DNA of 64,000 nucleotides from Candidatus Multivorans sp. Lineage in GTDB: Bacteria > Acidobacteriota > Thermoanaerobaculia > Multivoradales > Multivoraceae. The stretch lies in contig OZ251997.1 in NCBI GenBank assembly GCA_965247095.1, positions 3,232,001-3,296,000 of the forward strand, read 5' to 3'. Below, in pieces: positions 19,814 through 30,288 of this stretch; the stretch's first letter is position 1, and each line of letters starts with the position of its first letter. The translations under genes and the position numbers were made by a program. The notes under the pieces were generated by a model. It searched no databases. It was not told where the DNA came from and saw only the letters and a program-made list of their open reading frames with translations.

Positions 19814-22516
19814 ATGAAAGCACTTAGTCGGTCGCGCCTTCTTCTCGCCATAACCCTCGTTCTCTGCGCTCCCATGTCCCTGTGGGCCGACGGTCCGCAG
19901 ACAGGGACGATCGAGGGCCGCGCTCTCGACGCTCAGAGTGGGGCCCTGCCCGGCGTCACGGTGACCCTGACCGGCCCTCAGGGAACCAGGACGGCAATCA
20001 CCGATGCCGACGGGCAGTACCGCTTCGCCCTGTTGCCGCCGGGCGCCTATGAGGTCCACGGCGTGCTCGAGGGCCTGGGCCAAGCCAAAGTATCGACGCA
20101 GTTGCAGGTCGGAGAGCGTCGCGCCATCGACCTCGAGCTGCGCTCTGAGGCCTCCGAGGCGATCACGGTGACCGCCGAGGCGCCCTTGATCAGCAGGTTC
20201 GAGACCACTTCGACGGCGACGTTGAGCTCTGAGGTCACCGAGGAAGTGGCGTTCTCCAGTCGCGCGTACGGGTCGGCTGTGCATCAGCTTCCCGGGGTCA
20301 CTTCGCGCAACACCGCCAACGACAGCAGCTTCATGGCCACGCCAGGGGGCCTGACCTACGAAGTGGGCTCGTTCATCGAGGGCGTCGACATCAGCCAGAC
20401 CCGGCGCGGCGGTGAGTTCCGCTTCAACCTGCCGACCACCTCCACCGCCGCGATCAGCGTGCAGGTCGCAGGAAACGGCGCCGAGTACGGCCGCTCCACC
20501 AGTGGGATCGTCAATACCGTCATCAAGTCGGGCACGAACGACTTTCACGGCGATGCGCTCTTCGTCGGTCAGAACCCCACCTGGCGCGCTGTCTCCCAAG
20601 TCGCTCCGGACCTTCCTCGCCCAAACGACCAGATCAACTCCTGGGAGGCCTCACTCGGAGGCCCCATCTGGCGCGACAGGGCGTGGTTCTTCGTCTCCAC
20701 GGGTGAGAGCTTCGACGGCTACTACAGTCAGACCAACACTGGTTTCGTTGTCGAGACTGCCCAGAGGGGCGAGCCGGTCGTCGGCAAGTTCAACGTTCAG
20801 GCTGGAGACCGGCATCATTTCTCGTTCACCGGCCTCACGGCACCGAGCGACTACGAGGGCGCGGGAAACAGCGGGGATATCTACTCCCTCTCAGTGACAG
20901 AGATCGACAGCAAGCTCTACTCCGCCGCCTGGAACTTCAGCGCCACCCGGAGCCTCTTCCTCGAGGTGAAGGTCGCGGACAGCACGGACAAACTGACGCG
21001 CGGGGTTACGCATCGTCGCGTGATCGACACCAACGCTCCGCCGGATAGCCCGCTCGCCACCAACTTCCGCTACCAGGACCTCAACGACAGGCTTCGATAC
21101 AACGGTAACGCGGCGGCCAACGGCGACGGCTTCAACGACTTTCCTCGCGAGCAGATCAACCTCGCGGCGTCACTCTTCAGGGGCAACCACGAGTGGCGCT
21201 TCGGGATCGATGAGCACACGATGTTCTACAACGCGAAAGCCGACCTCGTCACCGACTACCGCGGGCGCGGCTACGACGTGAATTCGCCGAGCGGCTTCAC
21301 GACACCCGTGAACAAGCGGGTCTACGTGTCGCCGGGGGGAGACGGCATTTCGAGATACGAGAGCCCGATGCGTGCGATCCACGCCCAGGACCGCATCAGC
21401 ATCGGAGATCACTGGGTGTTGGCCGCGGGGCTCCGCCTCGACGATCAGACCGTAACCAACAACGTCGGCGAGCAGGTCAACGACTACCGGAAGCCCGCGC
21501 CGCGGTTCTCGGCGGTTTACGACGTCAACGCCGACGGCAAGCTCCTCGTTCGGGGGACCGCCGGGCGCGCGGTTCGGATCTTCCCGCTGGACCTCGCCTT
21601 CCGTCACTTCACCCGCGGCAGCAACGGCCTGAACACCTTCGACCAGTTCGGATGGAATCCCGTAACCCAAGCGTACGACATCTTCCAACGGAGTTTCATA
21701 GCGGCCAACGACAACGAGATCCAGGCAGTCGAGCCCTGGTTCAAGGACGAGGTCTCGATGGGTGTGGACTGGCAGTTCGCCCCCAACTGGGTGTTCACCT
21801 CGCGGCTGATGTGGAACGAGTCGAAAGACCTCTACCAGGCCAACGACCAGTATGACGCCAACGGCCAGATCTTCAGACAGATCGTCAACCGACCCGAGCT
21901 GTACCGCGAGTACCGGGGGCTGATGCTGGCGGCCAACCGCTATTTCCGCGGGGGTTGGTCGCTGCGCACCGACTTGACGGTCGGCAAGTTCGAGGGCAAC
22001 GAAGATGATCTCAACGCTCAGGGCAACGAGTTCGAGGGCCTCGGCGGAGTCCAGCTTGGGACTGGGGTTCTCAACCCCACCGCCCGCAATCTCGACGGCC
22101 GGCTGAACACCGATCGCGAGTACGTAGCCCACGTCATTGGGGTCAAGCGCTGGGAGTTCGGCAAACAGAGTGTGGTCGCGAGTGCCGTCGTCAATGCTCA
22201 GGCGGGCCGGCGGTGGGGGCGACGGCCGAGCACGGCCGTGCTGCATTCCGTTTCGGGCGCTCGGATCAACACGTGGGCCTACGTCGAGCCCCGCGATGCG
22301 CAGCAGCTCCCCGACACGATCACGCTGGGAGTCGCCGCTGCCTGGGACTTTCCGATTCGCGGCGCCTTCGCGGCCAAGGTCGGCTTCGAGGTGGCGAACG
22401 TGACGGACGAGCAGGAACAGGTGTCGGTGAATCTCGCCAACGGAAGGGCGAGTTCGAGTGCCGGCGGCTACCTCGTTCCGCGTGAGTTCCGCCTGAAGCT
22501 CGGGATCATCTTCTAG
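19814..22516 (+). CDS. TonB-dependent receptor with carboxypeptidase-regulatory-like N-domain (Oar/Acidobacteria type)
   Basis: Signal peptide, ALPGVTVTL, AEYGR..GIVN..KSGTNDFHG, LGGPIWRDRAWFF and terminal F. Confidence 0.87.
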   Translation: MKALSRSRLLLAITLVLCAPMSLWADGPQTGTIEGRALDAQSGALPGVTVTLTGPQGTRTAITDADGQYRFALLPPGAYEVHGVLEGLGQAKVSTQLQVGERRAIDLELRSEASEAITVTAEAPLISRFETTSTATLSSEVTEEVAFSSRAYGSAVHQLPGVTSRNTANDSSFMATPGGLTYEVGSFIEGVDISQTRRGGEFRFNLPTTSTAAISVQVAGNGAEYGRSTSGIVNTVIKSGTNDFHGDALFVGQNPTWRAVSQVAPDLPRPNDQINSWEASLGGPIWRDRAWFFVSTGESFDGYYSQTNTGFVVETAQRGEPVVGKFNVQAGDRHHFSFTGLTAPSDYEGAGNSGDIYSLSVTEIDSKLYSAAWNFSATRSLFLEVKVADSTDKLTRGVTHRRVIDTNAPPDSPLATNFRYQDLNDRLRYNGNAAANGDGFNDFPREQINLAASLFRGNHEWRFGIDEHTMFYNAKADLVTDYRGRGYDVNSPSGFTTPVNKRVYVSPGGDGISRYESPMRAIHAQDRISIGDHWVLAAGLRLDDQTVTNNVGEQVNDYRKPAPRFSAVYDVNADGKLLVRGTAGRAVRIFPLDLAFRHFTRGSNGLNTFDQFGWNPVTQAYDIFQRSFIAANDNEIQAVEPWFKDEVSMGVDWQFAPNWVFTSRLMWNESKDLYQANDQYDANGQIFRQIVNRPELYREYRGLMLAANRYFRGGWSLRTDLTVGKFEGNEDDLNAQGNEFEGLGGVQLGTGVLNPTARNLDGRLNTDREYVAHVIGVKRWEFGKQSVVASAVVNAQAGRRWGRRPSTAVLHSVSGARINTWAYVEPRDAQQLPDTITLGVAAAWDFPIRGAFAAKVGFEVANVTDEQEQVSVNLANGRASSSAGGYLVPREFRLKLGIIF

Positions 22517-22646
22517 CGCGACCGCCGACAAGACGTGCACCCGACGGCGACGGTGGCGCAAGAGCTCAAGCTGAGACGGAATACACTCTGTGAACGCGGG
22601 ACTCTCTCCTGCGGATGTCTGTCGGGCTCCGGGAGGTGCTGTTCCA

Positions 22647-25252
22647 ATGAACATCCCATACCTCTGGCGGCTAAGCCGACTCGCCATCGCCGCCGTGCTG
22701 CTGTCGGCCACCGCGGCGGCCGCAGTCCAGACGACAGGAACCATCGAAGGCGTCGTCGTCGACGCGAACGGCAGTCCCCTGCCCGGCGTGACGGTGACGA
22801 TGGCCGGTCCAGGCGTGCGCCAGGAACGCGTGACCGACGCCGAAGGCTCGTACGCAAGCGCCGGTCTGGCGGCCGGCGACTATGTCGTCACGGCGTTTCT
22901 GCCGGGCTTCGAGGCCATGGAGACTTCGGTTTCCGTGGCAACGGGCGCCACAGAGAATGTCCGGATCGTCCTGCAGGTCGCGAGGCTCCTCGAAACGGTC
23001 ACGGTCGTGGCCGAGGAGCCCCGAACCTTCGCGAGGAACATCGTCTCCCAGCCGATGATGCGGCAACAGTCGAACATCACGAGCGTCACGTCGGTGGTGG
23101 ACAACCTGCCGGGAGTATCCGTCCAGGAGGGGACTCGTACGGCTTCGACGACTGGTCGAGCAACGTCGCCATGCGCGGTTTTCAGGTGACGATCAGCGAG
23201 GCGCAGATCGGCACCACGATCGACGGCTTCCCGAACGGCACGTCGGACTACTTCAGCGGCGCCAAGGCGAACCGGTTCCTCGACCCGATGAACCTCCGAG
23301 GAGTCGAGGTGTCGCAGGGGACGGCCGACATCGCCTCCCGGTCGGTAGAGGCACTGGGCGGCACGTTCAACTATCTGACCGACGATCCGGCGGCGGAGCG
23401 GACCTACACCGCGTCGACCACAATGGGTGAGTACGGCGGCCAACGCTTCTTCATGCGAGCTGACACCGGGCCTCTGTTCGGCGGTCAGACCCGCGCCTGG
23501 GTCGCCGTTGTGCGCCAGGAAGCGACCGACTGGATGGAGGGCTCGGCGCGGAATGAGCGTGAGCACCTGGCAATGAAGCTGGTCTCGTCGCATGGTCGCC
23601 TCGATCTCACCGGCTACCTCTCGTACGACAGCATCCACGAGGACACCTACCAACGCCTCTACAGTGAGGGCGACTTCAGGGCCAATCCACGCTGGGACCG
23701 TCTGACCGGCGATTGGCCCGGCGTGCCGTACCTGAACCAGTTCTACCGGCGCGGCTGGCAGACCCGGCGGGACAACACGTTCGGCTACCTGAAGGGGAAT
23801 TGGTCGTTCAGCGATGCCACCTCGCTGAGCCTGGGCGGCTACTTCCATCGGAACCGCGGCCGCGGGGACTGGTTGCCTCCCTACATCGTCGATCTCACCA
23901 ACGACGGCGGTGGACAGGAATCGGAGCTCTTCCGCGGGACCCCGGTACGGGGCGGCTCGCAGCTCGGGCTGATCCGCTTCGTGGACCGGGACGGAGCCGC
24001 CGTGGGACCGACGCCCGGCTGCACGTCCTCCTTCATCTTCAACTACTACGGCGCCGGTGGACCCGGGGTCGATCCGGCTTGCCATCCGGGCGCCACGGCG
24101 GTGCGGTCGTACCGCCACAGTCACTACGGGAAGGACCGCCTCGGCGTGACGCTCGACCAGGAGTGGCTCACCACGATCGGCGCCGCCGGCAGCAAGCTGC
24201 GCGCCGGCATCTGGTACGAGGACTCACGGCGAGACCTTGGCCGGGACTGGCACCAGATCCTTGATCCCACGATCAACTTCCAGTGGAACGCAACGCCCTA
24301 CTGGCACCAGTACGAGTGGGACTTCCCGCAGGACGTGCTGAAGTGGTACGTGGAGGAGACGATCTACGCCGGACGGTTTACGTTGAGCGGGGGCGTCAAG
24401 CAGTACCTGATCGACGTATCGCGGGAGGACCTGTTCCGTATCGACCCGGATCTGACGGTCGATTCCGATTCGAGCGCCCTCCTCTCGGGCGGCATCACCT
24501 ACGAGACGCCGGTCGACGGCCTGGATCTGTTTGTCGGTTACGCCGAGAACTTCAAGGCGATCAGCGCCAACCTGCTCGAGGTGCCGGGGCGCAGTCTCGA
24601 CGCGCTCGAGCCGGAGACCGCTTCGAACATCGATCTCGGTATGCAGTATTCGGGGGAGCGGGTCGCCCTGAGCGCCACCTGGTACACGATCGACTTCGAG
24701 AACCGGATCTTCTACCTCGGTCCGCAGACGTCGGCCGGTCCCAACTACCTCATCCCGGGGGGCGGCGCCTACTTCAACGCGGGCGGTATCGAGACCACCG
24801 GCATCGAACTCGCCGCCACGGTGCCGCTGCCGCACCAGATATCCCTCTACACCGCCTACACGCTCAACGACTCGCAGTACCTCGGCAGCGGCGATCCACT
24901 CGTCGACACGAGCCAGAACATCGTCGCGGGGGCCGACGTGACCGGCGTGCCGGACCGTTTGTGGGTCGTTTCGCTCGACCGGAGCGGCCCCCTGAACGTG
25001 GGGCTCAGCGCCAAGTACACGGCGCCGCGGCGCGTCAGCCTGACGTCGGACTGGTCGACGGACGACTATTGGCTGGTGGACGCCTACATCAGCTTCTCAG
25101 GCGAGGCGTTGAGCGACCTGCTCCGGGCGACGGAGTTCTCGCTGGTGGCGAACAATGTGCTCGACGAGGCCTATCTCGCTGCCATCACCGAAAACGCGGC
25201 CTGGCTCGGACCGCCGCGGTCGGTCTCGATGACGGTCACCGTCTCGTTCTGA
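22647..25252 (+). CDS. TonB-dependent receptor, frameshifted at about 23130
   Basis: Signal peptide and PLPGVTVT in one frame; plug and barrel (LEPET..N.DLG, terminal VSF) in another. One extra G in GAGGGGACTCG restores QEGDSYGFDDWS. Confidence 0.85.
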
Positions 25253-25278
25253 CGGGAAGGAGCCGGGGCGCCGTCCAG

Positions 25279-26397
25279 CTAGTGTACTGTCTCCAACATG
25301 GCTTTACCACGTGTAACCTTTGCGATGATGCTGTCGGCGGTGGCCGTCCAGACGAACGGCCGGGAGTTTTCGTTGCTGTGCTCCACGTAGTCGTAGATGG
25401 TCTTTACGAGGTCGTTGACGCTCTGGAATGCACCGCGCCGGATCGCCTTCGTGGTCAGACCGCCCAGCCAGCGTTCGACCAGGTTGAGCCAGGGCGACGA
25501 AGTGGGAATGAAATGGAAGTGGAAGCGAGGCTTTCGCTCCAGCCATGCGCGCACGGCGTCGTGTTTGTGGGTCTGGTAGTTGTCCAGGATCAGGTGCAGG
25601 TCGAGATGCTTCGGGATCTCACGGTCGAGACGCTTGAGGAAACGGAGAAACTCCTGGTGGCGCTGCCGGCCCATGCACTCCGCGATCACCGTGCCCTCCA
25701 ACACGTTCAGCGCAGCGAACAACGTCGTCGTCCCGTTGCGCTTGTAGTCGTGGGTCATCGTTCCCGCGCGGCCGCGCTTGAGCGGCAAGCCCGGCTGGGT
25801 CCGGTCCAGAGCCTGGATCTGGCTCTTCTCGTCCACGCACAGCACAAGCGCGTTCTCGGGCGGATTCCGGTACAGGCCCACAACGTCCCGCAGCTTTTCC
25901 ACGAACCTGGGGTCGTTGCTCAGCTTGAACGTCTTGACCAGATGGGGCTTCAGCCCGTGCGCCACCCAGATGCGCTGGACCGCCGCCGGACTGATGCCCT
26001 GGGCCCGAGCCATCGAACGCACGCTCCAGTGGGTCTGACCGGGCGGCTTCTCGTGCAGCGTCGCTTCGATCACTTTACGCACGACCGACTCCGAGAGCGG
26101 CGGCTTTCCGCAACCGCGGGGACGATCCCTGGTCAGCCCCGAAGGTCCGTCCTCCGCGAACCGACGACGCCACAGCAGCACCGTGGGCCGCGAAACGCCG
26201 AGTTTCGCCGCAATCGCCCGATTGGCCGTGCCCTCCGCCGCAGCGAGCACGATCCGGCTACGCCGGACCGTGCGTTGCGTCGTCGTCGGCGCCTCTACCC
26301 ATTTCTTGAGAAGCGCTCGATCCCTCTCTTCGATGTGAAGTCGTTCCGCTGGTTCCCACATGAACGGAATACTGACGAACTTGCCCGAAACTGTCAA
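25279..26397 (-). CDS. IS630-family transposase
   Basis: HTH region, CVDEKSQIQAL, THDYKRNGTT.LFAAL, ILDNY.THK and SPWLNLVERW; the stop codon is supplied by the target CTAG. Confidence 0.95.
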   Translation of the reverse strand: MTVSGKFVSIPFMWEPAERLHIEERDRALLKKWVEAPTTTQRTVRRSRIVLAAAEGTANRAIAAKLGVSRPTVLLWRRRFAEDGPSGLTRDRPRGCGKPPLSESVVRKVIEATLHEKPPGQTHWSVRSMARAQGISPAAVQRIWVAHGLKPHLVKTFKLSNDPRFVEKLRDVVGLYRNPPENALVLCVDEKSQIQALDRTQPGLPLKRGRAGTMTHDYKRNGTTTLFAALNVLEGTVIAECMGRQRHQEFLRFLKRLDREIPKHLDLHLILDNYQTHKHDAVRAWLERKPRFHFHFIPTSSPWLNLVERWLGGLTTKAIRRGAFQSVNDLVKTIYDYVEHSNENSRPFVWTATADSIIAKVTRGKAMLETVH

Positions 26398-26418
26398 CCC
26401 AAGTCGGAGACATTACAC
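25282..26418 (-). mobile_element. IS630-family insertion sequence
   Basis: Imperfect TIRs GTGTACTGTCTCCAACATGG / CCAAGTCGGAGACATTACAC with flanking TA (in CTAG context) on both sides. Confidence 0.92.
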
Positions 26419-26581
26419 TAGGAGTCGAGTCGCGGCGTCCGCGCCGCGCTGACGCACAGGGAACAGGGCTTGTTCCATGCAAGTACCCACAGCGGTATCG
26501 CTGCGCTGTCGCGCAGGGAACACCGTAAGAGCGTGGTCGCTACTTCGGTCCGCCCTGGGGAACGCGGGCGTCTCGCCCGCA

Positions 26582-27667
26582 TTAGGCACGAAGGGCCGGC
26601 CAGGACGAGGAGTTTGTTCCATGCAAGCTTCCCCACTCGATCCACCAGCCGTGCGGCGAGGCTCGGGCGAGCAACTCCGTGTCGCCCGAACCGTCCCGGT
26701 ACCGGGTCAGAGTGAGGCTCGGCGGGTGGACGCCCTCAAGTGCCACTCGCCAGATGGGCCGTTCCCGGCTTTGAGCCTTGAGTGCCTCCGCGATGCGCTC
26801 CCGACCCTCACGGGGAATCTGGTAGAGGGTGATCGTGGAGTGGACGACCAGCGCCAGTTCGGCAGGGACCCGTTCCAGCAGGTGCGACAGATCCCTCGTT
26901 GCGTCCCCGCGATGGAGACGGATCGGGCTGTCCTTCAGCTCGGCCGCGGCGTCTACCAGTTGGTCGTGGCGCTCCACGTGCTCGGGCCAGATCAGCGCGC
27001 GCAACCAGAGCAGTTCATCCGGGTCGGCGAGGTCGATGGGGTTCACGTCGATTCCGTCACGGCTCGCAATCGGAATCTCCAGGGGTGGCTGCGGCACTGT
27101 GCCGGGGCCCCGCAGATCCGCTTCGAGTTCAACCCGCGCCGCCTCCCTTCCCCAGTGCAGAACGGCCCGTCCCGCTCGCAGGTAGCGATAGGCGTAGCGG
27201 TCGAAGTTCAGGTTCAGGCCGGCGCTGGCGCCGACATCGATCAGGGCCAGCGGCACCGCTGCCTCGCGGTACACCAGGGCCAAAGCGGGAAGCAGGCAGG
27301 TACACCGCCGCACGACCTGGGTCTGGGTGCGGTGGGTGGCAATCAGCTCTCCGACCTGTTCGCGGTGTTCAAGGCAGAACGCCCGGAAGAGCGGGAAGGA
27401 ACCCCCCGACGCACGCTCAGGGCCGGCGAGGACCGGGTAGTGCGCGGCCAGCGGGTGCTCCACTCCCTGCAGGAGCAGGTACTGCACCGCCCCGAACAGC
27501 ATGTTCGGAGGCGGCTGGCCTTGTTGCCGGTGCGCCGCGAGCGCCAGCAGTTCGCCATCTCCGGCCACACCCGCGGCGAGTTCCGCGTACATCGGCGACT
27601 CGAGATCCGGCGCCTCGACGAGTGCAAAGCGCTCGAACGCGGCGCTGAGATCGGAGCGGTCGCTCAA
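26582..27667 (-). CDS. DUF2332-family protein
   Basis: SPMYAEL, LFGAVQYL, TQTQVVRR, DVGASAGLNL.FD.Y, WLRALIWPEH and HGWWIEW motifs; TTG overlaps the mtnA stop. Confidence 0.8.
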   Translation of the reverse strand: MSDRSDLSAAFERFALVEAPDLESPMYAELAAGVAGDGELLALAAHRQQGQPPPNMLFGAVQYLLLQGVEHPLAAHYPVLAGPERASGGSFPLFRAFCLEHREQVGELIATHRTQTQVVRRCTCLLPALALVYREAAVPLALIDVGASAGLNLNFDRYAYRYLRAGRAVLHWGREAARVELEADLRGPGTVPQPPLEIPIASRDGIDVNPIDLADPDELLWLRALIWPEHVERHDQLVDAAAELKDSPIRLHRGDATRDLSHLLERVPAELALVVHSTITLYQIPREGRERIAEALKAQSRERPIWRVALEGVHPPSLTLTRYRDGSGDTELLARASPHGWWIEWGSLHGTNSSSWPALRA

Positions 27668-28719
27668 CTCTCGGCGCCGCAGCGCTCGCTGAACGCGCCG
27701 GTGATCGACTCCCGGTAGGGCGGCCGGAGCACGCCGGCATCGGTGATCAGCGCGGTCACGAGCTCGGCCGGCGTGATGTCGAAGGCCAGGTTGAGTGCTT
27801 CGGTGCCCTGCGGCGCAATGCGCTTGCCGAAGGCGTGGACCACCTCCTCGGCGTCGCGCTCCTCGATCGGGATGTCGGACCCGGATGCCGTGTCGCGATC
27901 GATCGTCGACAGCGGCGCCGCGACGTAGAAGGGAACGCCGTGCCGGGCCGCGAGCACGGCGACGGAGTACGTGCCGACCTTGTTCGCGACATCGCCGTTG
28001 GCGGCGATCCGGTCGGCGCCGACGACGATCTTCTGGACCCAGCCGCGCGCGATGATCGCGCCGGCACTGTTGTCCGTGATCAGGCGGTGCGGGATCTCTA
28101 GCCGCGCCAGCTCCCACGTGGTCAACCGCGAGCCCTGGAGCAGCGGCCGGGTCTCGTCGACCCAGACGCTGGCCAGCCGCCCGGCCGACCAGGCCGCTTC
28201 GACCACGCCGATCGCCGTGCCGTAGCCCGCCGTAGCCAGGGCGCCGGCGTTGCAATGCGTCAGGACCCGGTCGCCCTGCTCGAACAGCTCCCGGCCGAAC
28301 CTGCCGATCCGGCGGTTCGCCTCGACATCCTGCCGGTGCAGGTCGCGGGCCCAGTCGAGCAGCCGGGCGCGGAGCTCATCCCGCTCGCCGGCTTCGATGC
28401 AGCGGTCATGGAGTGCGCGGCCCTGGTCCAGGGCCCAGCGCAGGTTGACCGCCGTCGGCCGGGTGGAGAGAAGCAGGTCGTAGGCGGCGCCGAAGTCGTC
28501 AGCGCCGACAACCAGCCCGTAGGCCGCGGCCACGCCGATGGCCGGCGCGCCGCGCACGGAGAGGCGGCGGATCGCCCCAGCAACGTCCTCGGGGCAGCGG
28601 CATGGAAGCCAGACCTCCCGCTCGGGCAGCAGGGTCTGATCCAGCAGCAGCAGTTCGTCGCCGGACCAGCGAATGGGCGAGAAGCCCTCCGCCGTTGCGC
28701 CTGCCTTCGGGGCCTCCAT
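27664..28719 (-). CDS. mtnA: S-methyl-5-thioribose-1-phosphate isomerase
   Basis: VRGAPAIG, TRPTAVNL, LTHCNAGALAT, DETRPLLQGSRLT and GADRIAANGD motifs. Confidence 0.95.
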   Translation of the reverse strand: MEAPKAGATAEGFSPIRWSGDELLLLDQTLLPEREVWLPCRCPEDVAGAIRRLSVRGAPAIGVAAAYGLVVGADDFGAAYDLLLSTRPTAVNLRWALDQGRALHDRCIEAGERDELRARLLDWARDLHRQDVEANRRIGRFGRELFEQGDRVLTHCNAGALATAGYGTAIGVVEAAWSAGRLASVWVDETRPLLQGSRLTTWELARLEIPHRLITDNSAGAIIARGWVQKIVVGADRIAANGDVANKVGTYSVAVLAARHGVPFYVAAPLSTIDRDTASGSDIPIEERDAEEVVHAFGKRIAPQGTEALNLAFDITPAELVTALITDAGVLRPPYRESITGAFSERCGAES

Positions 28720-28774
28720 GCGGCGAAGCGTAGCGCGCTGCAACTGTGGCGCGTTCGGCCTGCGTCGGCTCTAC

Positions 28775-29485
28775 CTAGAGCCCCTTCCACTGCTCGCGTT
28801 CGCGGACGTAGCGCAGGATCTGGATCTTCCCGGTGCGGTTGTAAACCCGTACCGCGAACAGGTGGTAGCCGTCGGTGAGGAAGACAGTGCCCGGGCTCGC
28901 GGTGCCGACCGGGCTGAAGGAAGCGATGTCGCTGCGGCCGAACCGCACTGGATCGTCCAAACGATCGAGCCGGCCTGAGCCCGTGAACTCCCTGGGCTCC
29001 AGGTCCTCCGGGATGCCGAAACGAACGCCGCTGCCGACGTGAAGCAATCGCGCCGGACGCCCTATCCGTGGATCGGTACCGGCGCTCAGATCCGCGGTGC
29101 GCACGCCGTCGCCGTCGCCGTCCGCGTAGAGCGAAAAGAACGCGACCGCGGTGTCCGCATCGGATTCCTGCACCTCGAAGCGGACGGCGACTGCGACACC
29201 GTGGTGGACCGCACTGCCCCGCGCGGTCCACAGCGTCGAGGCAACCTCGGCGGCTGCAAGCCGCACGCGATGTTGAGCAATCTGCTGGCGCAGCGGGGGC
29301 ACAGTGAGCGTGGCCAGCAATGCAAGAATCATCATCGTAATCAGGAGCTCGAGAAGAGTGAAGCCACTCTTACCCTTCGCACCCCGGCAGTCCGGAAGAA
29401 ACATGGAGGCGGGCGAAGACCCGCCCGCCTCCTTGCCGTCGAGCGCTACGATTCCGTGCCGATCAGGGGCCGTCGGTGGGGCCAT
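28775..29485 (-). CDS. GspH/FimT-like pseudopilin (type IV prepilin N-terminus)
   Basis: KSG|FTLLELLITMMILALLA prepilin cleavage motif. The true start may be downstream of 29485. Confidence 0.8.
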   Translation of the reverse strand: MAPPTAPDRHGIVALDGKEAGGSSPASMFLPDCRGAKGKSGFTLLELLITMMILALLATLTVPPLRQQIAQHRVRLAAAEVASTLWTARGSAVHHGVAVAVRFEVQESDADTAVAFFSLYADGDGDGVRTADLSAGTDPRIGRPARLLHVGSGVRFGIPEDLEPREFTGSGRLDRLDDPVRFGRSDIASFSPVGTASPGTVFLTDGYHLFAVRVYNRTGKIQILRYVREREQWKGL

Positions 29486-29837
29486 CCGACCCTGACGATT
29501 CGTCGGCGCCGGTCTGCTCCTTGGGGACTCGCACCTTCTCCGTCAATGTCGTGTCCCCCTCGATCGTCACGTACGACCGCATGCGCTCGAACGATCGCTC
29601 GCCGATGCCGCGGACGAGCATCAGGTCCGCGGCCGACTCGAACTTGCCGTTCTCCGTGCGGAACTCCATGATCCTCCCCGCCGTCGACGGCCCGACGCCG
29701 GGCAGGAGGGAGAGCGCGGCAGCATCCGCAGTGTTGATGTTGACTACGCCTTCAGCCGCTCCGGCAGGCAACGCCGCCACCATGCCAAGCATGAGCACTG
29801 CCACCGACGCGATCTTCTTACTTCTTGTCATCTTCAT
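29463..29837 (-). CDS. comEA: ComEA-family helix-hairpin-helix DNA receptor
   Basis: Signal peptide, VNINTA..L..LPGVGP..A..I...R..NG.F...DL..VRGIG. Confidence 0.9.
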   Translation of the reverse strand: MKMTRSKKIASVAVLMLGMVAALPAGAAEGVVNINTADAAALSLLPGVGPSTAGRIMEFRTENGKFESAADLMLVRGIGERSFERMRSYVTIEGDTTLTEKVRVPKEQTGADESSGSDGPTDGP

Positions 29838-30011
29838 CTCCGTTGGCCCCCGTAGGGGTTTTCGTATTGGTCAAAACCGCCATCCAGGAGCAAGAATCGG
29901 GGAATACCAGGGGGACACCGAGGTGTCCCCCTGGTCCCTTGCCAACTTGGGCTTTCCTGCTACCCCTTGGACACCTCCTTGCTCCCGAATGTATAGATGC
30001 CACCCCTTCTT

Positions 30012-30067
30012 TCAAGTTCTCGGCCAACCTGCGTAGATCCCATAAGATCGTTGGAATCAATAAGTTA
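30012..30067 (-). promoter_or_regulatory. Putative sigma54-type promoter (TGGC-N7-TTGA) for comEA with an upstream IHF site
   Basis: Minus strand TTGGCCGAGAACTTGA keeps the GG-N10 spacing with one mismatch at -12. AATCAATAAGTTA at 30055-30067 is an exact WATCAANNNNTTR match. Confidence 0.55.
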
Positions 30068-30288
30068 TGGAATCGTCAGGAACGAGTAACGAAGCCGTTC
30101 GTCAAGAGACCTTGACCCGTTCGTCCGGTTCCGGGCCGCATCTTGCTCACTTGGCGAGAGCTGCGGCTGCGACGGCGTGCTGTCAAGCAAGCTGGACCGA
30201 ATCCAAGACTTTCGACACGCGTAGGGGGCCGATCAGGCCCCAGGGGCGCCCATCGCCCGGCGGCCCGCTCGTGTAGATTAGCCAGCCG

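Noticed and set aside
18502-26420. Genomic island integrated at the tmRNA 3' end
   Set aside because: I found no integrase and no duplicated ssrA 3' end (att site).
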